From Candidatus Binataceae bacterium (GTDB taxonomy: Bacteria; Desulfobacterota; Binatia; Binatales; Binataceae), in the NCBI GenBank assembly GCA_035308025.1, contig DATGHL010000047.1, forward strand, positions 430-64,429: DNA of 64,000 nt, given 5' to 3'. Under the pieces are notes generated by a model. The model was not told the origin of the DNA. It was given only the letters and a program-made list of their open reading frames with translations, and ran no database searches. Every line of letters begins with the position of its first letter. Within the stretch, counting starts at the first letter, position 1. Below are positions 30,406-38,560 of this stretch, piece after piece. Made by a program: the position numbers and the translations under genes.

Positions 30406-30704
30406 CGCCACCGCCGTCCACGCCATCGCCTCGCCCTGCAACAACCTGTCAAGTTCGTTTGACAAAGACTGATCAAAGTCCTATGTAAATGTTGACGCTG
30501 GGAACAGCTTCCAGAGTGCGAAGTCGCGGCGGCAGTGCGCTGAATACTCCTGTACGGTCATTGCGAAGCTGAGGTCATCACCCTTCGAGAACGGCAAGTG
30601 CGCCGTCCGTTGGTGCCAAGACTCTCGGTTTGTCGAATCGCTCAGGGAGGCGCTAGTACATCGGATCCGCTTGGGGCGGAGCGCCTAGAGCTAAAGGAGA
30701 GAAT

Positions 30705-32066
30705 ATGAACTCACCAAGGTCTCCAATGCTGCAAACCTTTCAGTGTCGCGAGATTTTACGGGCGCTGGCAATCGTGCCTGTGGTCTGCGCACTACTACTG
30801 GCGGTCAATGGCGGCTCAGCGCGGGCCGAACAGGGCACCCCGCCGCCGCCCGGCACGAAAATCACAATGCAAAATTGGCAGCAATACAAAGACTTCATGC
30901 CTGATGGTTTGGCCGCCCTGTTTGCTGGGAAATTTCAATGGAAGTTGCCTGCAAATGCCGAAATCGACATAGGTCCCACGGTGAACGTTCCGGAGCCCCC
31001 GACCTACCTTGCAGCATCCGAAAAATACGGTAACCAGGTGCAAGTGGTTCACCTACCAAACGGACATTTGGACGTGCGTAATTATGTTGCCGGCGTGCCG
31101 TTTCCAGACCCACAGGAGCCTGACAAGGGCTACAAGGTTCTGGTTAATCTATGGTATTCATACCGACCGCACTTGAACGTCGCCAATATCAAATATCCAG
31201 TTAGAGATTGTATCGTCGATCGCTTTTCGAATATGAATTGCGAATCAATCGATATCGTCTATCGCCAAGAAGGTTATAATACTGATCCGGGAGTGCCCGT
31301 CAGTGAATCAAACAACGTCTGGTACACCGAATATCTAATGGTTGAGGCGCCTGAACAAGCCAAATATACCGCGCAACTGACGCTGTTCTATAAGGATAAT
31401 CAAACCTTTCAAGACGAATATGTCTTCGTTCCAAACCTACGACGCACCCTGCGCCTGTCATCGAGCGCCCGTTGCTCGCCGTTGCTTGGTAGTGATTTAG
31501 CCCAGGATGATGCTCAAGTGTCGGGATTCAATGGCGGAATCGGAGTATTCGACGCGAAGTACTTGGAACGCAAGAAAATAATCGCACTGACGGGTCTGTA
31601 CAACTATTACGCGGTTGGTCATAACTTTCCCATGGGTTTCTACCAACCGCTCATGTTTCCACCGCCATCAATAGGACAGTGGCAGGTGCGTGATGTCGAT
31701 GTACTGGATATTCGACGCGTGCCTTCTGAGGCCCTTGGATACTGCTATGGTAAACGAATCATGTATATCGATACATATTACCATACGGGCCACTGGCAGG
31801 ACCTGTATGATAACAACATGAACCTATGGAAGACGGCTTTGTTAGCGGTGCCTGACGCGGCCAAAGTCCCAGGAGTGCCAGGTGGACATGCCCCCGGACT
31901 CGACGGTTTCTTCACGCTGTGGGACGTGCAGAACGACCACCTGACAATAATAACGGGCCTCAACGAATCAGGTGAGGGCTACTTTGTTAATTCTGATGCA
32001 CCGAAGGAGTTTCAGGACTATAACAGGTTCGGAACACCAGGTGGCCTATCAGAAATTATGCGCTAG
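30705..32066 (+). CDS. Secreted protein of unknown function, probably DUF1329 (LolA-like 'outer membrane lipoprotein-sorting' family)
   Basis: 453 aa with a signal peptide (ALAIVPVVCALLLAVNGGSARA). A strong RBS (AAGGAG) lies 7 nt upstream. The size and composition match the about 450-aa DUF1329 family. The family assignment comes from memory, not from a search. Confidence 0.5.
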   Translation: MNSPRSPMLQTFQCREILRALAIVPVVCALLLAVNGGSARAEQGTPPPPGTKITMQNWQQYKDFMPDGLAALFAGKFQWKLPANAEIDIGPTVNVPEPPTYLAASEKYGNQVQVVHLPNGHLDVRNYVAGVPFPDPQEPDKGYKVLVNLWYSYRPHLNVANIKYPVRDCIVDRFSNMNCESIDIVYRQEGYNTDPGVPVSESNNVWYTEYLMVEAPEQAKYTAQLTLFYKDNQTFQDEYVFVPNLRRTLRLSSSARCSPLLGSDLAQDDAQVSGFNGGIGVFDAKYLERKKIIALTGLYNYYAVGHNFPMGFYQPLMFPPPSIGQWQVRDVDVLDIRRVPSEALGYCYGKRIMYIDTYYHTGHWQDLYDNNMNLWKTALLAVPDAAKVPGVPGGHAPGLDGFFTLWDVQNDHLTIITGLNESGEGYFVNSDAPKEFQDYNRFGTPGGLSEIMR

Positions 32067-32075
32067 CAACTGAAA

Positions 32076-32104
32076 GGCACGCGCCGCTACAAGCGGCGCG
32101 TGCC
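32076..32104 (+). terminator. Perfect 12-bp GC stem with 5-nt loop (GGCACGCGCCGC-tacaa-GCGGCGCGTGCC) 10 nt downstream of the DUF1329-like stop; intrinsic-terminator-like
   Basis: Read directly from the sequence. It is followed by TTCGCCC (a weak U-tract). Confidence 0.5.
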
Positions 32105-32136
32105 TTCGCCCAGACCGAGCGGACACGCCAACTCTA

Positions 32137-33348
32137 GTGCCTGCGCAGCCGCGCGTCCACGCGATCGACTCGCCCTACGCTTGGCGCATGACGGTGATTG
32201 GCTTCGTCACCTGCTTTTTTGTCTTCGGCATAGTCTACAGTTTCGGGGCCTTCTTCAAGCCGCTCGCCGAGGAGTTCGGCGCCAACCGCGCTGGCACCTC
32301 GACCATCTTCGCGATCACCGCGGCAGTCTACAACGCGCTCGGCTTCGCCAGCGGATGGCTCAGCGATCGCTGCGGCCCGCGCCGCGTGATGCTGGTCGGC
32401 GCGCTCGCGATGGGCGCCGGACTTTGCGCCACCGCAGTCGCCCCCACGCTCGGGGTCGCCTACCTCACTTACGGTCTCGGCGTCGGCGTCGGGGTCGCCT
32501 TCACTTACATCCCGGCCCTCGCCCTCGTTGGCGGATGGTTCGCGCGCCGCCGCAACACCGCGATGGGCCTCGCGGTCTCGGGCACCGGCGTGGGCACGCT
32601 GCTTCTCGTGCCGCTGGTTGCTGCGATGATCGGCTGGTGCGGATGGCGGCAGTCCTACGTTCTGATGGGTATCGTCGCGATGCTCGCGCTGGGCAGCTGC
32701 GCGATGCTGGCCGAGGCCGCGCCGCCATCCCCAGTCTCGACGATGGCGCAGCGTAACCATCACTTGATCCGTTCCGCCGATTTCGCGCGGCTCTACCTCG
32801 CGTTCGTCCTGGCCTCGATTTCGATTTACGTCCCGTTCGTATATCTACCTGACTTTGCCGAGTCGCGCGGGGTCTCGACGGTCGCCGCCGCGGCCTTGGT
32901 TGGTTTCGTTGGCGGCGCCAGCATCGTCGGCCGCCTCGGTCTCGGCCCCATCGCCGATCGCGTTGGTATCTTCCCGATCTTCAAAGCGAGCCTGTTGATG
33001 CTGGCCGGCAGCTTTGCGATCTGGCCGCTCGCGCATTCCTACGCGACGCTTGTGCTCTTCGCCGTCGTGATGGGCGCTGCATACGGCGGTATGGTCTCGC
33101 TCTCGCCGACGCTCGCCGCCGAGCTCTTCGGGGTCGAAGATTTGGGCACTACGCTCGGGGCGCTCTACAGCAGTTCCGCGATTAGCGCACTCGCCGGACC
33201 GCCGCTGGTCGGCTACGCAATCGATCACGGCGGCAGCTATCTCTGGGCCGCCGCGATGGGTGGCGGGGCTGGCCTGATCGGCTTCTGCATCCTGATCCCT
33301 TTGCGATCAAGTGAAACGCTCGCGCCCGTTTTGCTTCCGGTAAAGTAA
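32137..33348 (+). CDS. MFS transporter, oxalate/formate-antiporter (OFA)/monocarboxylate-like family
   Basis: 403 aa with 12 TMS. It shares the motif FGIVYSFGAFF.P...EFGA.R...S.IFAITA with the paralog at 58799-59974. An alternative start lies at 32188. Confidence 0.75.
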   Translation: MPAQPRVHAIDSPYAWRMTVIGFVTCFFVFGIVYSFGAFFKPLAEEFGANRAGTSTIFAITAAVYNALGFASGWLSDRCGPRRVMLVGALAMGAGLCATAVAPTLGVAYLTYGLGVGVGVAFTYIPALALVGGWFARRRNTAMGLAVSGTGVGTLLLVPLVAAMIGWCGWRQSYVLMGIVAMLALGSCAMLAEAAPPSPVSTMAQRNHHLIRSADFARLYLAFVLASISIYVPFVYLPDFAESRGVSTVAAAALVGFVGGASIVGRLGLGPIADRVGIFPIFKASLLMLAGSFAIWPLAHSYATLVLFAVVMGAAYGGMVSLSPTLAAELFGVEDLGTTLGALYSSSAISALAGPPLVGYAIDHGGSYLWAAAMGGGAGLIGFCILIPLRSSETLAPVLLPVK

Positions 33349-33450
33349 CCTTATGTGGCTATAGTTAGGTTAAGAATTAAGTGCCGAGAATGCATCTTAT
33401 AGCGCGAATATACATCCGATATTGTCTCACGATTTCCCGCTCGCTAGGCT

Positions 33451-34155
33451 TTGACTAATCATCGTCATGAGCGTCATCCTGAATTGAACACGATCGCCAC
33501 CACGTCAACGCAGCCTTCGCGCTTCTCACGTTTCGCGACGGGAAAGTTGAATCGCGCCAGCCTCAGCCACACCGCCTCCAACCTCGGCGTCGCGCTGCTC
33601 TTTTTCGCCACGTTGATTCCGCATGCCGCGAATTTCGGCGGCGCTCCCGCCAACTGGATCTGGATCGTCGGCGCCGCCCTGATGGGCGTGCTGTCACTCG
33701 TCCGCCTCCCGCCCATCGCGACCGCGATTAATCTGCGCTCCGTGACGGCGACTGCGATCATGATGCTCGCGCCGCCTTTGCTCTTGAACAACGCCGCGCC
33801 CTCCAGCGGCGTGCTCGCAGTCGCGGCGCTGATCGTCGAACTCGTCGGCGTGATCATTACCCAGAGCGCGCGGCTCTATCTCGGACGCAAGTTTGCGCTG
33901 CTGCCGGCCAATCGCGGAATCGTTAGCCGCGGACCTTTCGCCTTTATTCGCCATCCGATTTACGCCGGCTGGCTGATTCTTTCGGTCGGTTATGTGATGG
34001 CCTATCCCAACGCGCGCAACCTCCTCGCGCTCGCGGTGACTGTGCCGTTCATGATCTGGCGCATCCAGCTTGAAGAGCAGCTCCTGCAGCAGGACGCCGC
34101 GTATCGCGCCTACTGCGCCGTCACTCCATATCGTCTGCTGCCGCTGATCTTCTGA
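33451..34155 (+). CDS. Membrane methyltransferase of the ICMT/PEMT (isoprenylcysteine carboxyl / phospholipid methyltransferase) family
   Basis: The C-terminal motif is GPFAFIRHPIYAGWLIL...EEQLL, and there are several TM helices. The start is uncertain; the tracked ORF begins at a TTG and an internal ATG lies at 33682. Confidence 0.6.
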   Translation: MTNHRHERHPELNTIATTSTQPSRFSRFATGKLNRASLSHTASNLGVALLFFATLIPHAANFGGAPANWIWIVGAALMGVLSLVRLPPIATAINLRSVTATAIMMLAPPLLLNNAAPSSGVLAVAALIVELVGVIITQSARLYLGRKFALLPANRGIVSRGPFAFIRHPIYAGWLILSVGYVMAYPNARNLLALAVTVPFMIWRIQLEEQLLQQDAAYRAYCAVTPYRLLPLIF

Positions 34156-34182
34156 CCTGAGCGACCCTTAGCTGCCCATCTC

Positions 34183-34215
34183 GAATTTCTTTTGAGCACC
34201 GCCCCATCGGGCTGT
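34183..34215 (+). terminator. Imperfect hairpin followed by a T8 run (..GCACCGCCCCATCGGGCTGTTGCATTTTTTTT) after the methyltransferase gene
   Basis: Read from the sequence. Such a T-run is rare in this GC-rich window. Confidence 0.35.
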
Positions 34216-34339
34216 TGCATTTTTTTTGAACTCGGTCAGCGAGGATTCGGAACTGATAATCTTTACAACCGTGGCTAATACGGAAGGAGGAGCAATAGAA
34301 AAAGCGGCTGCGTAGTTATCCGTCTGTCTGGGTTCTGAG

Positions 34340-35470
34340 GTGTTGGGGACGCCTGCACGGGTCATCACGATTATAGCTGCGGCGATGCTGGGGATAGCAT
34401 TGGCGGCAGCGAAGAGCTCTGCGGGCGACGTCACGACGTCATCTGCGGACGGGCTCGACATCACCAATTCATCGACCAGATTGCTGCCCGACGATCAGGT
34501 TAATCTGAGTCAGACGTTCGGCATGTGGCAGAATCTGCACGCCACGCATGAGTGGACGCACAGCTCCAACGCGCTCGCGGTGTCGCGGACCCTGCTGCAG
34601 GTCGACGAGAACTACCGGCTGAACGAGAACAACACGTTTTTCGCCCGTGAGTGGTTCGTCTACGAGCCGCCTACGCCTTCAACAGTTCGATCAACACGGT
34701 TCGATTCTGCCGTGCAGAACGCCTACTTGACCCCGTTCTGCGGCAAGACCGGACGTCCTCGAGCAATGCCTGTAAGACTGATCGCGAAGTGGCGCCGAGC
34801 ATCGGCCACTTCCAAAACGATTTTACAACAACTATTCAGTGCGCGGCGTCTGGTGGGAGAACAAGACCGGCCCGCTGACGACTTTCGTCGGCAACCAGAT
34901 CGTGGTGTGGGGCCAGTCGCTGGCGTTCCGCATCGGCGACGTCATCAATCCGCAGGATTTTGTCTGGAACTTTGGTTTCGCCAACCTCGAGCAATCGCGC
35001 AACGCGCAGTGGATGATCCATCCGATTCTGAACCTGCCGGAGTGGGGTCCGCTGCAGTCGAATTTCCTCGAAGTGGTGGTCCAGTCGGGCTTCCAGCCGC
35101 AATGGTGGGAAAACAGCTTCGGCGACGGCCGCTTCGAAGCGCCCGGCGGCGCCGTCAAGGATGGCCGTGCCGGGACCTTTGGCTCGCACACCCTGAGCAT
35201 GCGGTTTGACGTCGCCTACGACAATCAGTCGCGACCCCAGGAGAATTTGACCGCCAACAGCGGCCCGGGCCGTTCTTCGGCTTCGCCACGCAGTTCAGTT
35301 CGCCCGGTAATAATACGCTGATTTGGAAGCCAAGTTTCTATTTGCGCTGCAATACCAAAAATGCTGTCTCGGCGGGCAGCGCCCCGTTCGCCTGCTGGCA
35401 AGGTGGCAGCATCATCGGTGCGCCCTTGCTGCACACCTTCTGGAACTGCCTCGCTGCGCTCATGGGCGCA
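34340..35470 (+). pseudogene. Frameshifted, internally deleted and 3'-truncated tandem duplicate of the downstream 693-aa secreted-protein gene (35811-37892)
   Basis: Three ORF fragments in different frames (34340-35209, 34651-34878, 34839-35321) align in order with residues of about 1-375 of the intact protein. There is an approximately 13-aa deletion. Some stretches are near-identical at the nucleotide level, for example the WWENKTGPLTTFVGNQIVVWGQSLAFRIGDVINPQD block. The RBS AAGGAGGAG is retained at about 34273 but the ATG is lost. Nothing corresponds to the C-terminal half. Confidence 0.85.
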
Positions 35471-35810
35471 TGATGGCGGCCCCACGCCCGACCAACAATA
35501 AAACGCGGTGGTATCAGTCCCGATTTTTGTTGCGGGGGGGTATTGCGTTCACCTCACCGGTTAGCTAAATCCTGCCAGAATCAGTCCGTCAGGCGAGGCG
35601 CGACTGAGGAGGAGGACCGGAAAGCAAGCCCCGCAGCAGCAGTAGCGACAAATTGTCGCGGGCTTGACAAATTAATTTTTGTGCGCAAGTAAGGTTCGTT
35701 GCGCGAGCGGGATTCGTCACGATCCCGGAGGAGTTGGACTGGGATCAGCAACGTGACGCATAGCGGTCGGGACTACCGCCAGGCGTCACATGCAGCGAGA
35801 AGGAGGAGTT

Positions 35811-37892
35811 ATGGGAGCAAGTTTCGGGGGAGCGAAAAAGTTTCTCGGAGTGGCCGCGGCGGCGATGCTCGCGGTAGCATTGGGCGCTGCAAATAGCTCC
35901 GCGGGCGACGTCACGGCGTCACCTGCGGACGGTCTCGACATCACCAATTCATCGACCAAGTTGTTGCCCGACGGTCAGGCCTCGGAGTCGAGCTGGCTGA
36001 GCGGCTTTCACATGTCGGGTTATGCAACCCAGACCTTCGGCATGTGGCAGGATCCCTCGAGCACGCACGCTTGGACCCGCAGCTCGAACCAGTTGGCGGT
36101 CTCGCGCACGCTGCTGCAGGTGGACGAGAACTACCGGCTGAACGAGAACAACACCTTCTTCGCCCGCGAGTGGTTCGTCTACGAGCCGGTGTATGCCTAC
36201 AACTCGTCGAACAACACCAACATCTCGGCAATCGACAACGCCTTCTTGTCGCCGTTCTGCGGGAAGACGGGCACGCCGTCTTCCGACCGCTGCAAGATCG
36301 GTCGCGAGACGGCGACGAGCCCGGGCCATTTCTACAATGACATCTACAACAACTACCAGGTGCGCGACGCCTGGTGGGAGAACAAGACCGGCCCGCTGAC
36401 GACCTTTGTCGGCAACCAGATTGTCGTCTGGGGTCAGTCGCTGGCGTTCCGCATCGGCGACGTCATCAATCCGCAGGATCTGCTGTGGAACTTCGGTTTC
36501 GCCAACTTGGAGCAGTCGCGCAACGCGCAGTGGATGGTCCATCCGATCCTGAACCTGCCGGAGTGGGGACCGCTTCAGTCGAATTTTCTGGAGCTGGTAA
36601 TCGAGCCGGGCTTCCAGCCGCAATGGTGGGAAAATAGCTTCGGCGACGGCCGTAACAACGGCCCCGGGGCCGACACGAAGGCCGGTCGCTACGCGACCTA
36701 CGCGCCACACGGCAATCCCAGCCTGCGCTTCGACATCGGCTACGACCATGCGTTCGACCCGAGCATGAACGTTACGACCGGCCCCGGGCCTTGGAACGGG
36801 ATCGCCACGCCTTTCTATTCTGCGGGCAACAACACCATGCCGTGGAAGCCGATCGGCTACGTTAATTGCGGCAACCACCCGACGCCCTTCAGCCCGCACG
36901 GCGGTAACTGTCTAGTCAGCGGCTCAATTGTCGGACCGCCGCTGCAGCATATCTTCTGGGAGTGCCTCAGCGGTGCCCCGGGGACCTACGCGAAGACAAA
37001 TCCGCTGCCGGCGGGTCTGCGCAAAGCCCCATTTGGCCCTGGGGGCTGCAACCTGACCCTGTCGCACAACAATCTGTCCTTCGGCGCGGCGGGCGACTAC
37101 GCCTTGTGGGACACCGGTCCGTACCACATTCCCGGTATGCAGCCGTCGAACTGGAATGACGGCGCGCGTTTTCACACGCTCATCGGTTCAACTGAACTGA
37201 CGGCGTTGTACTACAACGACAACCTCAACGGCGGCTTTCCGGCCTTCCGGTTCGGCGGCAATGGGCTGCCCTACTATACGAATCTGGATCAGATTTACTT
37301 CCCAGACATCCAGATCGTGGGTGTGACCGCGGATCGGCCGCTGCCGGTGCCGGCCTCGGTCAGCGAGTTTCTGCCGATTGTCGGCCGCGCGGAAGTGACC
37401 TACACCAATCACGAGCAGTTCTACGACAGCCGGCCGACGGCCTTCAGCGGCGTGCGCTACTCGGACGTGGTGAAGGAGATGGTGGCGCTGGACATCGACC
37501 AGGCCTACGCGCCGTGGCTGACCAAGACCGGCAATCTGACGGCCTTCTTCGAGGTCTTTGACGACATCACGATGGACAATTCGAAGCTGACGCCGGTGAC
37601 GGCATTGGACTCGAAGCGCAACGACAAGAATGAAGTCTACGCCTTGGCGAGCATCGGAACCGGCTACTACAACGAAGACATCGAGCCGACCTGGACGATG
37701 ATCTATCAGCCCAAGGGGACGACCTTCGCGCTGTTCCCGACGCTGGTGCTGAATCCGCCTTGGACCAAGAAGTACTTCGTCAAGTTGCAGGCGATCGATG
37801 TGTTCGGCAGCGATCCGTTGCACGGCCTGGGCCTGTTCAAGGGTCAGAATCTGCTGACCGCCCAGTTCCAGTACAACTTCAACGTGCTCTAG
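35811..37892 (+). CDS. Large secreted Trp/Asn/Gly-rich protein of unknown function, possibly DUF1302-like outer-membrane protein
   Basis: 693 aa with a signal peptide (FLGVAAAAMLAVALGAANSSAG). AAGGAGGAG lies 5 nt upstream of the ATG at 35811. It has 8 Cys and two WWEN motifs. The C-terminus (QFQYNFNVL) is beta-rich, as expected for a barrel-like protein. It co-occurs with the DUF1329-like gene. The DUF1302 assignment is an inference. Confidence 0.5.
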   Translation: MGASFGGAKKFLGVAAAAMLAVALGAANSSAGDVTASPADGLDITNSSTKLLPDGQASESSWLSGFHMSGYATQTFGMWQDPSSTHAWTRSSNQLAVSRTLLQVDENYRLNENNTFFAREWFVYEPVYAYNSSNNTNISAIDNAFLSPFCGKTGTPSSDRCKIGRETATSPGHFYNDIYNNYQVRDAWWENKTGPLTTFVGNQIVVWGQSLAFRIGDVINPQDLLWNFGFANLEQSRNAQWMVHPILNLPEWGPLQSNFLELVIEPGFQPQWWENSFGDGRNNGPGADTKAGRYATYAPHGNPSLRFDIGYDHAFDPSMNVTTGPGPWNGIATPFYSAGNNTMPWKPIGYVNCGNHPTPFSPHGGNCLVSGSIVGPPLQHIFWECLSGAPGTYAKTNPLPAGLRKAPFGPGGCNLTLSHNNLSFGAAGDYALWDTGPYHIPGMQPSNWNDGARFHTLIGSTELTALYYNDNLNGGFPAFRFGGNGLPYYTNLDQIYFPDIQIVGVTADRPLPVPASVSEFLPIVGRAEVTYTNHEQFYDSRPTAFSGVRYSDVVKEMVALDIDQAYAPWLTKTGNLTAFFEVFDDITMDNSKLTPVTALDSKRNDKNEVYALASIGTGYYNEDIEPTWTMIYQPKGTTFALFPTLVLNPPWTKKYFVKLQAIDVFGSDPLHGLGLFKGQNLLTAQFQYNFNVL

Positions 37893-38018
37893 AATCGAGA
37901 TCGACGAGCAAAACGGCGGCGGGCGCTCATCGCGCCCGCCGCTCATGTTTTGGAGAATCGGCAGGGGTTCCGCCCCCCAAGTCAATCCGCGCTGCGTAGG
38001 AAGCGCGCTGGCCGCGCC

Positions 38019-38513
38019 TCAAGCCTCGCGATAGGCGCGCAGCGCTTCGCCCGCCAACTCGTAGTTCGGATGTCCGCTCGCGGAATTGAGTTCACCCGTC
38101 GCCTTGAAACCGATGCTCAGATAGAGCCGTGCGGCCTGTTGGTTGTCGGCGTGGCAGCTCAGCTTGACCACCGCGCAACGCGGATACTCGCGCCGCGTCA
38201 GCCGGATTACTTCCACCATCGCCGCGCGACCATAGCCGCGCCCTTGATAGTGCTCATCGATCAGAATGTCGTCGATCCAGTATTCCTCAGTGGTGGTGGG
38301 GTCGCAGACTGTGCAGACAAAACCGACTGCCGCCGGGCCGTCGCAAATCAGATGCGACGCGTACACATATTCGTCACCCCAGCGCCGCACTAAAGCCGCG
38401 GCGAGCGAAAAGATCGGCGTTGCGACGAAGGCTCTCTGTTCGGGTAAAACTTTTAACTCAATCGCGGCCAGCCAGTTGCTGCGGTCGATTTTCGCGAGTT
38501 TAACTTCCATCAC
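38019..38513 (-). CDS. GNAT-family N-acetyltransferase
   Basis: 164 aa with the acetyl-CoA-binding motif (QGRGYGRAAM). Confidence 0.75.
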   Translation of the reverse strand: MMEVKLAKIDRSNWLAAIELKVLPEQRAFVATPIFSLAAALVRRWGDEYVYASHLICDGPAAVGFVCTVCDPTTTEEYWIDDILIDEHYQGRGYGRAAMVEVIRLTRREYPRCAVVKLSCHADNQQAARLYLSIGFKATGELNSASGHPNYELAGEALRAYREA

Positions 38514-38560
38514 GCTAGCGTCCGCAGTGCCTGCTTTGGACGGATTCGCCGTCGGCCGCG

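Noticed and set aside
30494-30516. TGGGAACAGCTTCCAG upstream of the DUF1329-like gene as a sigma-54 promoter
   Set aside because: It lacks the GC dinucleotide at -12, so it does not fit the TGGCAC-N5-TTGC consensus.
32100-32763. ORFs 32100-32756 (+) and 32134-32763 (-) rich in Arg/Asp/His
   Set aside because: They overlap the well-supported MFS transporter gene in other frames. Compositional artefacts.
34168-34467. 99-aa minus-strand ORF spanning the methyltransferase/pseudogene intergenic region
   Set aside because: It is antisense to the pseudogene 5' end and RBS remnant, has no start context, and is low complexity.
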